From Thainema sp. (GTDB lineage Bacteria > Cyanobacteriota > Cyanobacteriia > Phormidesmidales > Phormidesmidaceae), in the NCBI GenBank assembly GCA_052168235.1, contig JBQLZK010000024.1:1-64000 (forward strand): a stretch of 64,000 nucleotides of DNA, given 5' to 3'. Below, piece by piece: positions 27,518 through 37,459 of this stretch; position 1 is the stretch's first letter, and each line of letters begins with the position of its first letter. The position numbers and the translations under genes are program-made. The notes under the pieces were generated by a model. That model had not been told where the DNA came from. It was given only the letters and a program-made list of their open reading frames with translations, and did not search any database.

Positions 27518-29119
27518 TCACGTCATAAACTCATCCAGGATCAGTCCCTCATTGGGCAACAGATCCGTTGCTGATTCACCGACGGAGCGATCCGGACGGG
27601 TCGATAGCACCACCCGTCCCGCGACTTGGAGCGGTTGTGGATCTGCGGTTAGGTTAAGCGCGATCGCAAATCGCCGATCCCGCCGATCAGACTGCGATCG
27701 CTCATAGACAAACACCCCCTCATCAACCTGCAGCGTCCGATATGCACCCCGGCAAAGGGCTGGCTCCGACTGCCGCAGCGCAATTAGCTTACGGTAAAGC
27801 GACAGCATCGATTTTGGATCATCAGCCTGTTCACTCACCGGAGCAGCCTGCGACAGCGGTAGCCAAGGTTGACCTGTCGTAAATCCCGCATTCGCACTGT
27901 CATCCCACAGCATCGGTGTCCGCACCGGATCGCGGCCTAGCCCCTGCCCTGGCACGTTGATCTCCCACGGATCGCGCACCGCTTCCGGCGGAATCACCCC
28001 GTTTAGCATTCCTAACTCATCGCCTTGATAGATAGTTGGTGTGCCCCGCAGCGTCAGCAGCAGCATCGCCGCCACCCGCGCCTGCTTTTGGCCCACACGG
28101 CTGGCAATTCGCGGTCGGTCGTGGTTGCCCAACACCCAGTTCGGCCACGCCCCCGGCGGCAGCGCCTCTTCATAGGCTTCCACCAGTGCGGATAACTTTC
28201 TCACATCCCACGCTGCGGTAATCAGCTCAAAGTTAAACGGCAGGTGAAACCCATCATGATTCTGTCCGTAGTAGGCCATCACTTCCGGAATCGAACCATA
28301 GGCTTCCCCAACCAGCACCCGATTTGCATACTCGTCCGCCACCTGCCGCATCTGTCGCGCAACGGTCAGCACCTCCGGCTGATGAGCCGTGAATGCTCGC
28401 AGGTGACTGCGCGCTGGCCCCATGTGGGTCTGCCAGTCTGGATTAGGCGGATTATTTCGCAGCAGGTAGTCCGGCACCAGATTCTCCACCGCATCAATCC
28501 GAAAGCCATCCACACCCCAGTCAAACCAAAACCGCATCACGTTCAGCATCTCCGCCTGCACCTCCGGATTGCGCCAGTTGAGCGTCGGCTGCTGCCGCAG
28601 GTAAATGTGCAGATAATACTGGCCCGTCGCCTGATCCAGCGTCCAGGCCGAACCGCCAAACTCACTGATCCAGTTGCTCGGTGGCCCACCATCAGCGGCA
28701 GGATCGCGCCAAATATACCAGTCTCGCTTGGGATTATCGCGGGAGGAACGGCTAGCGGCGAACCAGGGATGCAGGTCAGAGGTATGCCCCGGCACAAAGT
28801 CCAGCAGAATCTTCAAACCATAGCGGTGAGCAGACTCCATCAGTTGGTCAAACTGCTCCAGACTGCCGAAGATTGGCTCAATGTCGCAATAATTCGAGAT
28901 GTCGTAACCAAAGTCTCGCATCGGCGAGGGAAAAATCGGCGAAATCCAAATGGCGCTTACGCCCAGGTCTGCCAGATAGCCCAGCCGCTGCTCTATTCCC
29001 CGCAGATCACCCACTCCATCACCGTTGCTATCCTGAAACGAACGCGGATAAATCTGGTAAATAATTCCCGTTTGCCACCACAAGTCCTGTGCAGAATCCT
29101 GTTGCCCTGTTACGACCAT
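27518..29119 (-). CDS. GH13 alpha-glucosidase / oligo-1,6-glucosidase family
   Basis: YQIYPRSFQDSNGDGVGDL, GVDGFRID, VGE, GNHD and GRDPVRTPM motifs. Confidence 0.93.
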   Translation of the reverse strand: MVVTGQQDSAQDLWWQTGIIYQIYPRSFQDSNGDGVGDLRGIEQRLGYLADLGVSAIWISPIFPSPMRDFGYDISNYCDIEPIFGSLEQFDQLMESAHRYGLKILLDFVPGHTSDLHPWFAASRSSRDNPKRDWYIWRDPAADGGPPSNWISEFGGSAWTLDQATGQYYLHIYLRQQPTLNWRNPEVQAEMLNVMRFWFDWGVDGFRIDAVENLVPDYLLRNNPPNPDWQTHMGPARSHLRAFTAHQPEVLTVARQMRQVADEYANRVLVGEAYGSIPEVMAYYGQNHDGFHLPFNFELITAAWDVRKLSALVEAYEEALPPGAWPNWVLGNHDRPRIASRVGQKQARVAAMLLLTLRGTPTIYQGDELGMLNGVIPPEAVRDPWEINVPGQGLGRDPVRTPMLWDDSANAGFTTGQPWLPLSQAAPVSEQADDPKSMLSLYRKLIALRQSEPALCRGAYRTLQVDEGVFVYERSQSDRRDRRFAIALNLTADPQPLQVAGRVVLSTRPDRSVGESATDLLPNEGLILDEFMT

Positions 29120-29275
29120 GCGCGTCTCCTAACCGATACCAAGCAATCCAGCCTCACATGGTAATCGGCGGAATCTGAGGTCGCCTAATTCTTGGGGCAG
29201 AAAAGTTGGAAAAGTGCGATCGCAGTCCTTGCCACTCAATATAAAATCCGAACCCAACGTAAAAACAGGTTGCAC

Positions 29276-29665
29276 TTATCCTTTCGCGATTCTTTTGCCA
29301 GCTTCAATAGCAGAATTTATTTTCTTCTGAGGTATTCTATTTTTTCGAGCTTCACTAGTCATTAGTTTAAGTTTCTCGACGAAAAAGCCACATTGGCTTT
29401 CCGACCTCATTTGTTGGTTATAAATAATACTTTTTTTAGAGTTTCGTTTTTGTTTGGTTTTACATAAAGCTAAATCTCGACTCGTATATTTAATTTGTTC
29501 TAGCTGTAGCTCTGATGGCTGAAATATCTTGCCTCTTTGAGCCTCTAAATGGTGCCGTTCATGATCAGTCAAAAACATGTCTGAAGAGCAGCCCAGTGCA
29601 ACATAACAAACGAGGAAGATAACTGCATTTTTCCCGTATTCAAGTATGGTTTCTATTTGCTGCAT
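29276..29665 (-). CDS. Hypothetical protein, possible lipoprotein, AT-rich
   Basis: 129-aa ORF with a hydrophobic stretch ending in ALGC; no family recognised. Confidence 0.45.
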   Translation of the reverse strand: MQQIETILEYGKNAVIFLVCYVALGCSSDMFLTDHERHHLEAQRGKIFQPSELQLEQIKYTSRDLALCKTKQKRNSKKSIIYNQQMRSESQCGFFVEKLKLMTSEARKNRIPQKKINSAIEAGKRIAKG

Positions 29666-29718
29666 AGACTGATTGAAAGCTGAATCTATATATCACACTG
29701 AGTTTATCAACACTAAAT

Positions 29719-30315
29719 TTAGGTTGAATTCCTGCCAAGCACAATTCCATTAATTAGGCCAACAATTAACCAAGTTATTACCAGTCCAAACACCTCACTT
29801 ACAAATAGATTAGTAACTTGACGTAGCTCTCTTGCGATCGCCCATCCAGCAGCGAGGCCAATCATCCAGGCGAAAGCATTCCAGGCAATCCACCAGGTAG
29901 AAAATCGAGGCACCGTTTGCCGAATGGCAAACCACTGAACAAACCCAGTCATAACGCCAATTTTCAAGCCGTCGAATGCGCCGTAGATCAACCGAGCTGA
30001 CAAAAGCGATAATCCGTCTGGGGCGAACCAGCCAACCACACCAATTGAACTGGCACCTGCAACCCCCCAGGCTAAGGCATTGGCTACAATCCACCAGCCG
30101 CTTCTCAGTCCGTACCCCATCAGCACCAAGTCTTGAAACAGCCCAACAATGCCGCCACCCAGCAGCCCCTGCCATAGGCCCAGATTGGAGCGCTCCCCAA
30201 CCACCACTACAGTCAGACTGAGCATAAAGCCCAGCGTAGTTGCCGCGATCCAAGCAATACTAAAAAGATAGCGGGAGCCTTGAAACGTTGGTAGAGAACG
30301 AGTTTCTGGGCGCAT
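29719..30315 (-). CDS. Gly/Trp-rich multi-pass membrane hypothetical protein
   Basis: Repeated G..Q...L....WWI..N..AW TM units. Confidence 0.7.
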   Translation of the reverse strand: MRPETRSLPTFQGSRYLFSIAWIAATTLGFMLSLTVVVVGERSNLGLWQGLLGGGIVGLFQDLVLMGYGLRSGWWIVANALAWGVAGASSIGVVGWFAPDGLSLLSARLIYGAFDGLKIGVMTGFVQWFAIRQTVPRFSTWWIAWNAFAWMIGLAAGWAIARELRQVTNLFVSEVFGLVITWLIVGLINGIVLGRNST

Positions 30316-30324
30316 TCTGTCATC

Positions 30325-31557
30325 CTAAGAATCTGCAAAAATCGTTTTCAGAAAGTGCTGACGTTGAGCCGGAGACTCCGGGGCTAAGTAGCCCATTAAG
30401 CTTTCCCAGTAGAAGAATGAGACACCATCAAACTGATTTTGGCGAACCAGATCCACTTGTGCCTGAAGCTGGGGGATGCCGACCGGATTACTCCAAATTC
30501 CGCTGAGCAACGCGATCGCAACTGGAATCTGCTGCTGAGCCGCTTTCACTGAAGCGCGAGACAGCTCAGCCTGCAACTGACTCAACTCATTGCGATAAAC
30601 CTGTAGCACGAGTTCATCAATCCAGCCTTGCTCCACCCAGTGCTGCCAGTCTTGCAGATAGCGGCTGTAGGCAAAGTCTTGAGGATTGGGAGAAAGGGAG
30701 ATTATGCAGTCTGGCTTAACTGCCCGAATGGCCCCAACCACTTTCCCCATAAAGGCGCTGATCTGATCGGCTCGCCACCGCATCCATTCCGGATCAGCGG
30801 GATTCGCTGGCGGAGACTGTCCCTGATGCGATCTCTGATAGAGCTGAATCGTCACTGGGTCATATCCCATTTCAATCGGCAATCCAAAGTGATCGTCCAG
30901 TTGAATGCCGTCTACGTTATAGTGGGTGACCACTTCGAGAATGAGTTGCAGAATAAAGTCCTGTACCTCTGGATGAAAGGGATTCAGCCAGAGATTGGCG
31001 CTGCTCGTCCAATCTGCGATCGCAGGTTTATCTCGCTTAAAAAGGACTGTCCAATCTGTCACACTCTCCGGAGTGCTGGCAGCAGTCGTCGTAAGCCATT
31101 CTGGATGGGTTACGGCCAATTTGGATCGAGGCGGCACCATAAATCCGTACTCAAACCAGGGGATGACGTTCAACTGATGCCGATGCCCGACTCGAATCAT
31201 GCTCTTGAGCACATCGGTTCCAGGATGCATGACTGAAAACAGCGGTGCCTGACGACGCCCAATGATGTGTTGAGCGGTATCGCTGGGATAAAAGGTATAG
31301 CCACGATTCCAAACGACGGGATAGATCGTGTTGAAGTTGAGGCTGGCCAGTTGGTGCAGCGCTCGGTGAATTCCCCAAGGCGCAAATAAGACGCTACTGC
31401 CCACATTGGTCAACCAAACGCCTCGAATTTCATCCGTCCTTGACTGAGTTGGCTGAGCACTTGCCAATCCAGATACCGACAGCAGATGAGTGGCAATCAA
31501 CAAGCAGGCAATTCCCAGAATCAGGCTGATCTGTTGCTTAATAGAAACTTGCTTCAT
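30325..31557 (-). CDS. GHL10/DUF187 family glycoside hydrolase
   Basis: Signal peptide; EIRGVWLTN, PWFEYG, WLNPFHPEVQ, DGIQLDDHF and QDW..W motifs. Confidence 0.88.
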   Translation of the reverse strand: MKQVSIKQQISLILGIACLLIATHLLSVSGLASAQPTQSRTDEIRGVWLTNVGSSVLFAPWGIHRALHQLASLNFNTIYPVVWNRGYTFYPSDTAQHIIGRRQAPLFSVMHPGTDVLKSMIRVGHRHQLNVIPWFEYGFMVPPRSKLAVTHPEWLTTTAASTPESVTDWTVLFKRDKPAIADWTSSANLWLNPFHPEVQDFILQLILEVVTHYNVDGIQLDDHFGLPIEMGYDPVTIQLYQRSHQGQSPPANPADPEWMRWRADQISAFMGKVVGAIRAVKPDCIISLSPNPQDFAYSRYLQDWQHWVEQGWIDELVLQVYRNELSQLQAELSRASVKAAQQQIPVAIALLSGIWSNPVGIPQLQAQVDLVRQNQFDGVSFFYWESLMGYLAPESPAQRQHFLKTIFADS

Positions 31558-31574
31558 ATGAATGCATACGTGCG

Positions 31575-31647
31575 ATCGCACTTGAGAAACCGGATTTCTT
31601 GAGTCTGGGTAACGGGTTGGCAATGCGATCGCAGAAACCCGGTTTCT
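31575..31647. repeat. Two short AGAAACC(C/G)G(A/G)TTTCT palindromic repeats; a related copy lies near 27495
   Basis: AGAAACCGGATTTCT and AGAAACCCGGTTTCT, each next to a HIP1 site. Confidence 0.55.
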
Positions 31648-32153
31648 GGCATTTCACCCACTTGCCTGTAATTGGCTGATGGCAATGGACAGTTCCTGGA
31701 CGATTGCGGCGATGTTGTCTTTGAATTTATCCATCGATCCACGTGCCAATCTAATTTCCCGAAAAATCTTCAATCCTGCCAACATGCCCGACAGCTTCAT
31801 CCAGCGTTGACTGTGCCGCTGAAAAAATTGGGTCAGGTCAGGATAAAAATCTATCCGTAGATATAAGTAATTTGATGACGCAAAATCGCGGTGTAAGGTG
31901 CCCAGCGTCAGGACAGCACAGCAAGTGCAACAAATTGACCCAGTATTTTTGTGGATTCTGTGGATGATGGTTCCAAGCTGAATCAGTTCTGTTTTATGTT
32001 GTTTGCCCTAAAGGATTTGATAGAACGGCGCAGCCGTTCCATCAAAATCCTATGAATAGCAATTGCTAGGACTAACACCATAGCGCAGGACTCAAATTTC
32101 GGAATCAGAATCAGAAAGTTTACGTTCCTCCACAGAATCACAGAATTGGCACC

Positions 32154-34115
32154 ATGAAATCCGTTATTCACCGTTTAACAACCCTAGCCGTTGCCACAAC
32201 GACTGCTGCTCTGGGTCATCTCGCCGTTGGCCCTGCGGCGATGGCAAACCAGTTTGGTCAGCAGGAAATTAGCTCCAATCGTGCGATCGCAGTTGCGGCC
32301 CCCGTCAACAACGGGTCGGCTCACCAACTGCTCATCCTGGAGCAAGTCAGCAGCAGTCGCTCCTGCTGGCAGGAGCAGGCCGGTAATCCCACAATTGTCG
32401 ATCCGCTGTTGCTCAACTTTGATTTTTCGGGCATCTGTGGCCGCAGCACCGACAGTAATGGCTACTCTGTGCGGCTCGGTGGTGAGGATATGAACTGGCG
32501 CTACAGCCTGCGGGTTGTCCGGCAGAATAACGATATCGTGCTGTATGCCGCCCCGGCTTCCGATCGGACACTGCCGACGCTGGAAATTGGTCGGGTCGGT
32601 GGCGCAACTACTGATTTTGCCAAGATTCGGCTGAATCCCGGCTGGCGATTGACCAAGCGTACCTACAACGGCTCTACGCTAGGCCATTTCTACCTCACTA
32701 ACGATCAAACCCTGGCCCAACTGCGAGCATCTTCGACGATTGCGGCTGCGCCACCCAGCTCAACCGGATCGTCTACGAATACGCCATCCTCTACCACTCC
32801 CTCCAGCACAGGCTCAACCACCAGTTCAACAGGCAGCTCAACTTCGGGTTCAACCAGTGGTTCGGTTTCCATTCCCACTGCCAGTTCCAATCGTCCTCAG
32901 TTGCCTGCGCCACCCTCTACGTCGGTTCCGACCACTTCAACCCCGTCTTCCACCACCTCTGGCTCCAGCACTAGCACCAGTGGCACGTATTACCGAGTCA
33001 CAGTTCCAGTGAATCCCGGTGAGGAAGACAAAGTTCGCGCCGTCGTACCCGATGCCTTCCGCACAACGGTTAACGGACAGTTGGTAATGCAGACGGGTCT
33101 ATTCCGCGATCGCGTTGCGGCCACCAGCCAAATTCAGCAGCTCAGCCGCGCTGGTTTAAGGCCGTCACTGGGAACAGTGACGGGTACGATTGCCTCATCG
33201 GGATCTTCCACATCAACACCTGGCACATCTGGTTCCACAGGTTCGACAGGCTCGACGACTGTGCCGACCACCTCAACTGGATCAACCAGCTCCAATAGCA
33301 ACGTTTACTATCGAGTTTCAGTCCCCATCCAAACGCCCAGTCAGGAAGCTCAGGTTCGCGCTATTGAGCCAGGTGCCTTCCGCACGGTCGTCAACGGTCA
33401 GCCGTCGCTGCAAGTTGGCCTTTATCGTGATCGCGCTACCGCGCAAGAGATGCAGCAGCGGGTGGCTAGTGCGACTCGTCTACAAGCCGTCGTTTCCACC
33501 TATAGCGGCCCCATTGCCACGCCCGCACCGTCCACCACTACTCCGACCACTCGCCCCGTACCTCAAACTGGCCTCGTCGTCATGCTTGATCCCGGTCATG
33601 GCGGCAGAGACCCTGGTGCAGTCGGCATTGGCAGTATCAAAGAGAAGGATATTAACCTATCAATTGCTCAGCGGGTGGCCAGTCGGCTAGAGCAAAACGG
33701 CATCCGGGTAATTATGACCCGCTCCGACGACCGCGAGATTGACTTAGACCCACGGGTGCGAATGGCTGAGCGCTCCAATGTTGACCTCTTCGTTAGCATC
33801 CACGCCAATGCCATCAGCATGAGTCGTCCGGATGTCAACGGCTTAGAAACCTATTACTACTCATCGGGTCTCAATCTAGCTCGTGCTATCCACAGCAGCG
33901 TTTTGCGCAACACCGATATGCGCGATCGTGGAGTTCGCCAAGCTAATTTCTACGTGATTAGAAACACGTCGATGCCTGCGGTGTTGGTCGAAACGGGCTT
34001 TGTCACAGGCCGCGAGGATGCAGCCCGATTAAGCAATATCAACACTCGCAATCAAATTGCAGATGCGATCGCAGATGGCATTCTGACCTACTCTGGCCAA
34101 ACCGCTTCCCGCTAA
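32154..34115 (+). CDS. N-acetylmuramoyl-L-alanine amidase (DUF3747 + two SPOR-like repeats + Amidase_3)
   Basis: Signal peptide; DUF3747-type GICGRSTDSNGYS; DPGHGG, EK, SIHAN and LVETGF zinc/catalytic motifs. Confidence 0.9.
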   Translation: MKSVIHRLTTLAVATTTAALGHLAVGPAAMANQFGQQEISSNRAIAVAAPVNNGSAHQLLILEQVSSSRSCWQEQAGNPTIVDPLLLNFDFSGICGRSTDSNGYSVRLGGEDMNWRYSLRVVRQNNDIVLYAAPASDRTLPTLEIGRVGGATTDFAKIRLNPGWRLTKRTYNGSTLGHFYLTNDQTLAQLRASSTIAAAPPSSTGSSTNTPSSTTPSSTGSTTSSTGSSTSGSTSGSVSIPTASSNRPQLPAPPSTSVPTTSTPSSTTSGSSTSTSGTYYRVTVPVNPGEEDKVRAVVPDAFRTTVNGQLVMQTGLFRDRVAATSQIQQLSRAGLRPSLGTVTGTIASSGSSTSTPGTSGSTGSTGSTTVPTTSTGSTSSNSNVYYRVSVPIQTPSQEAQVRAIEPGAFRTVVNGQPSLQVGLYRDRATAQEMQQRVASATRLQAVVSTYSGPIATPAPSTTTPTTRPVPQTGLVVMLDPGHGGRDPGAVGIGSIKEKDINLSIAQRVASRLEQNGIRVIMTRSDDREIDLDPRVRMAERSNVDLFVSIHANAISMSRPDVNGLETYYYSSGLNLARAIHSSVLRNTDMRDRGVRQANFYVIRNTSMPAVLVETGFVTGREDAARLSNINTRNQIADAIADGILTYSGQTASR

Positions 34116-34125
34116 TCAAAACCAT

Positions 34126-34169
34126 AAAAAGCGAAGAGTCGCCGCGACGCGGCGACTCTTCGCTTTTTT
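34126..34169. terminator. Bidirectional intrinsic terminator between convergent genes
   Basis: AAAAAGCGAAGAGTCGCCGCG-A-CGCGGCGACTCTTCGCTTTTTT. Confidence 0.85.
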
Positions 34170-34175
34170 GAAAAC

Positions 34176-34877
34176 CTAACAAGCCGACATGGTGCAGGGC
34201 GATTGCAGAACAATATCTGCCGCCTGCCCCAGATTATCCACGATGTAGTCCGGGTTGTACTGGGCCAGATTATTGCGATCGCGGATGCCACTCAGCAAGG
34301 CAATTATCGGGACACCGTGGAGCTGAGCCGCCACAATATCGGCTTCCGTGTCGCCCGCCATCCACACCTGAGCCGCCGGTTCCAGTTCAAGTTGCGATCG
34401 CTCCATCAGCAGCGGCTTTTCCTGCACGTCGGTCGTCTTCACGTAGTCATTTTCCAGGTAATACCGACAGTGCGACGCAAAAAAGCGATGCAGGTCATAT
34501 TGATCCAGCGCATGTTCCAGTTCGCGCTGTTTCCGCATCGTCATCACCACCAGTTCAACCCCTTTAGCCTGGAGCCGCTCTAGGGCTTCCACCGCTCCTG
34601 GTACCAGTCGATCGTGAATCAAATTGGGCAGCGCGTGAACATTCTCTCGCCGTAGTCGGGCAAACTTCTGCGCCTGTTCAGCATCTAAGCCAGACATTTG
34701 ACCAATTTTGCGCTCAGGCACCCGTGCCCGCTTCAATTTCCAAAATTCGGCTTTCTCTAACGGCGTGACAGACTGGGATGAATATCGGGTTTCCGCTAAA
34801 CAGAACTGATACACCCGATAGTAACGCTCTGACACATCAATAATCGGGCCATCGAAATCGGTAATGAGTCTTAGCAT
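34176..34877 (-). CDS. HAD family hydrolase
   Basis: DFDG motif I, TMR, KP and GDTEAD motifs. Confidence 0.88.
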   Translation of the reverse strand: MLRLITDFDGPIIDVSERYYRVYQFCLAETRYSSQSVTPLEKAEFWKLKRARVPERKIGQMSGLDAEQAQKFARLRRENVHALPNLIHDRLVPGAVEALERLQAKGVELVVMTMRKQRELEHALDQYDLHRFFASHCRYYLENDYVKTTDVQEKPLLMERSQLELEPAAQVWMAGDTEADIVAAQLHGVPIIALLSGIRDRNNLAQYNPDYIVDNLGQAADIVLQSPCTMSAC

Positions 34878-35167
34878 GAGCGATATAAATCAATCTCCCA
34901 GGATGAATATAAAGAGTAGTTAACGGGTAACGGCGGTTTGCAGTATGAGCAGATCTGACTCCAGCTATATATGAACTTCTATTAACACTAGTGTCTAGCC
35001 TACCGACTCTATTAGCGGCTTGCAGCAATCTTCATCACGCTCTGCTCAGATTACCGATAAGTTTTACCTGAATCGATTAATAAAAACTAAAGCGTACAGG
35101 TAAAAGAGACATACTCGCACGCTTTTCACCTGAACGCTTTCAATGACTGGAATCCGAGTGAAGTTCA

Positions 35168-36439
35168 CTATCCGGCTTGCGAAGGAGCTGTGCCCGGACT
35201 GAGGCAATTTTCGCCGTCGTAGTCTACATTGACTCGAAACGTGTAGGCTCTTGGCCCTTCCGCTGCAGGTATATCGTATGATTGCACAGCTTGTAATGCG
35301 TCCTCATTCAGTCCTTTGTAGCCCGTACTACGGAGCAACTGTGGCTCTGCCAGCAATTCACCGTTGGCATCAGCGACTACACCGATGGATGCATTCCGTG
35401 GCTCTTGCCCTGGCAAGCAGGTGCGTAGCGGATATTCAATCGTCAAATCGATGGGTTCATTGACATTGAGGGTTTCGCCTTCACTGATTTCTGGCGGTAG
35501 CGAGGCAATCCAATCTTCCATGTTCTGACTCGCTGCTTCACCACTTGTATTCTCAGGGTTGTAGCTATAGAGTTCGCGCAGTTGAGCATACTCTGCGGCA
35601 GCCGTGCCCGCTTCTGGTGAGGGAGAAGGCGATGGAGAAGGCGATACGACCACTTCTTCATCGGGATTTTCAGACTCTTCACCCGGATCACCCGCTTCAG
35701 CATCCGGAGAAGAACTTCCTTCAGGGGATGGACTGGTTTCGGGATCAGACGGCGAGGGTGAAGCCCCAGGTGTCACAGGAGGAATCAAATCTTCAGCACT
35801 GCCATTTTCCGCTTCCGACGATTGGGGCTGTCGCGATCGCGCAATTAAATCATCCAAAGCTGGAATGCTGCCACTGGTGCCAAATGAGCCAGAGGCCAGC
35901 GGATCGCTGGGTGTAGCAGGTGCGCTGGGCTGCGGCTGCGGCTGTGGTTGACGCGGAATAGCTGGCCTAACCGTTCGTGGAGCAGGTACGGCTCCCGGAA
36001 TCGAGCGGGAAGTTGGATAGCGTGTCGATGGCAAACCCGACGAAACAGAAGGCCGACGGCCAATAATTCCGCCAGGACTAATTGGTGATGAGGGAACCCG
36101 ACGACTACCAGAGGGAGACGAAAACGAATCCGCTCCTGGGAACAAATCTCCATTGGGGGGCGGTGGTGTTAAACCGAAGGAACCCGAATCAAATGGACTA
36201 GATGGCAACAGCGATCGCGGCGATCGCTCCAAGTCCGGTAGCCGCGACTGCTGTTCAGGAGTCAGCTCAACCACTGACACAGGTTCTGGTGGCTGTGCCT
36301 CTGCGCTGGAGGTGCCGCTAGAAAATAGAGGCAAAAACGCGAAAACCAACCCGTGAATCCCCAACGAAATCAAAATGGCCAGCGTTGAAGGTTCTGTGAA
36401 CAAATTGGATGCGGACTTCGCAGATGAAGAAACAGTCAT
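35168..36439 (-). CDS. TonB-like energy transducer
   Basis: TM containing SLGIH (SxxxH), long Pro-rich linker, C-terminal YP...STGYKGLNEDA domain. Confidence 0.7.
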   Translation of the reverse strand: MTVSSSAKSASNLFTEPSTLAILISLGIHGLVFAFLPLFSSGTSSAEAQPPEPVSVVELTPEQQSRLPDLERSPRSLLPSSPFDSGSFGLTPPPPNGDLFPGADSFSSPSGSRRVPSSPISPGGIIGRRPSVSSGLPSTRYPTSRSIPGAVPAPRTVRPAIPRQPQPQPQPSAPATPSDPLASGSFGTSGSIPALDDLIARSRQPQSSEAENGSAEDLIPPVTPGASPSPSDPETSPSPEGSSSPDAEAGDPGEESENPDEEVVVSPSPSPSPSPEAGTAAAEYAQLRELYSYNPENTSGEAASQNMEDWIASLPPEISEGETLNVNEPIDLTIEYPLRTCLPGQEPRNASIGVVADANGELLAEPQLLRSTGYKGLNEDALQAVQSYDIPAAEGPRAYTFRVNVDYDGENCLSPGTAPSQAG

Positions 36440-36718
36440 ACCAAAATTAAGAGTGGAGGGCTTTATTCCCAAAATAGTTAATCTTCGGATCGGGATCAGC
36501 GCGGTTTCAGTTTTACCAACGAGAAATCAATCCGTTATCGATCTGTTTCATTGTGCCAGAAAGCATTCGTGATCGGCGTAAGACTGGGTCGGCAAAATTA
36601 ATACCAGCGAGAGTGCTGAGAGCTGAGCACTGAGTTAGATTGCATTACGCCTCACTCTTCACTCCTCTCGCCTCACTTCTTTCCCTCTGGACGCGATTGC
36701 CGTGATAAAGTTGCGTCT

Positions 36719-37459
36719 TCAAACCAACGAGCGCGTCTCCTGCCGCGCTGAATTGTAAATCACCATCAGTGAAAAATACGGTAACGCCAGATCGGGGAAG
36801 TTGGCCAAATCACGATAGATTTTTTGGCGCAGATGTGTGGCGCGTTCAACCACGTAGCTGTGCTGGAGCAACTGTTGCTGGTGCAGGATTTTCCAGACCT
36901 GTGAATAGACCGAACTGACTTTCATTAACACGACAACATCGGCCCAGGATAAAGCGGTTTCCAGTGCCTCAACGCAGTAAAGCGTGGGCAAAATGGCGAG
37001 CTGCTGGTGCTGAATCGTCAGCGGAATGCCCAGAGCTGCCGCCGCTGCCATTGGTGAACAAACGCCCGGAATGGTTTGCACCTTGGCGTCGGGATGGGCC
37101 TGCTTCAGGGCCTGGGCTAAATAGGTGAACGTGCTGTAAAAGCTGGTGTCGCCTTCCGAGGCAAAAGCAATATCCTGTCCCTGAGCTAGATAGGGCCAAA
37201 CTGTTGCCGCCGCTTTTTGCCAGGCGGTTTCAAGTGCGATCGCATCTTGCACGTAGGGAAAATGCAGCGGCAGGCGAATTTGATGTCCCTTCAGCCACGG
37301 CGCGATAATTTGCTCGGCAACTCCTTGACGCTGCTGAAGTCCGGCTGGAAAGGCAACCACAGGTGATGATTGCAGTCGGCGCAGTCCTTTAACGGTGATC
37401 AGATCTGGATCACCTGGCCCCACACCAATTCCATAGAGCGTCCCAATCTCTAAATTCAT
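36719..37459 (-). CDS. cobI: Precorrin-2 C20-methyltransferase
   Basis: GTLYGIGVGPGDPDLITVKG, EGDTSFYSTF, IPGVCS, VLMKV and PYFS motifs. Confidence 0.9.
   Translation of the reverse strand: MNLEIGTLYGIGVGPGDPDLITVKGLRRLQSSPVVAFPAGLQQRQGVAEQIIAPWLKGHQIRLPLHFPYVQDAIALETAWQKAAATVWPYLAQGQDIAFASEGDTSFYSTFTYLAQALKQAHPDAKVQTIPGVCSPMAAAAALGIPLTIQHQQLAILPTLYCVEALETALSWADVVVLMKVSSVYSQVWKILHQQQLLQHSYVVERATHLRQKIYRDLANFPDLALPYFSLMVIYNSARQETRSLV

Noticed and set aside
28244..29164. 306-aa plus-strand ORF, and similar antisense ORFs at 23254-23829, 30628-31236 and 51501-52037
   Set aside because: These are shadow ORFs opposite well-supported genes and have no recognisable motifs.
22774..29700. Possible integrative element bounded by the serine recombinase
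   Set aside because: I saw no att-like direct repeats, tRNA, or phage or conjugation genes; most of the region has host-like HIP1 content.
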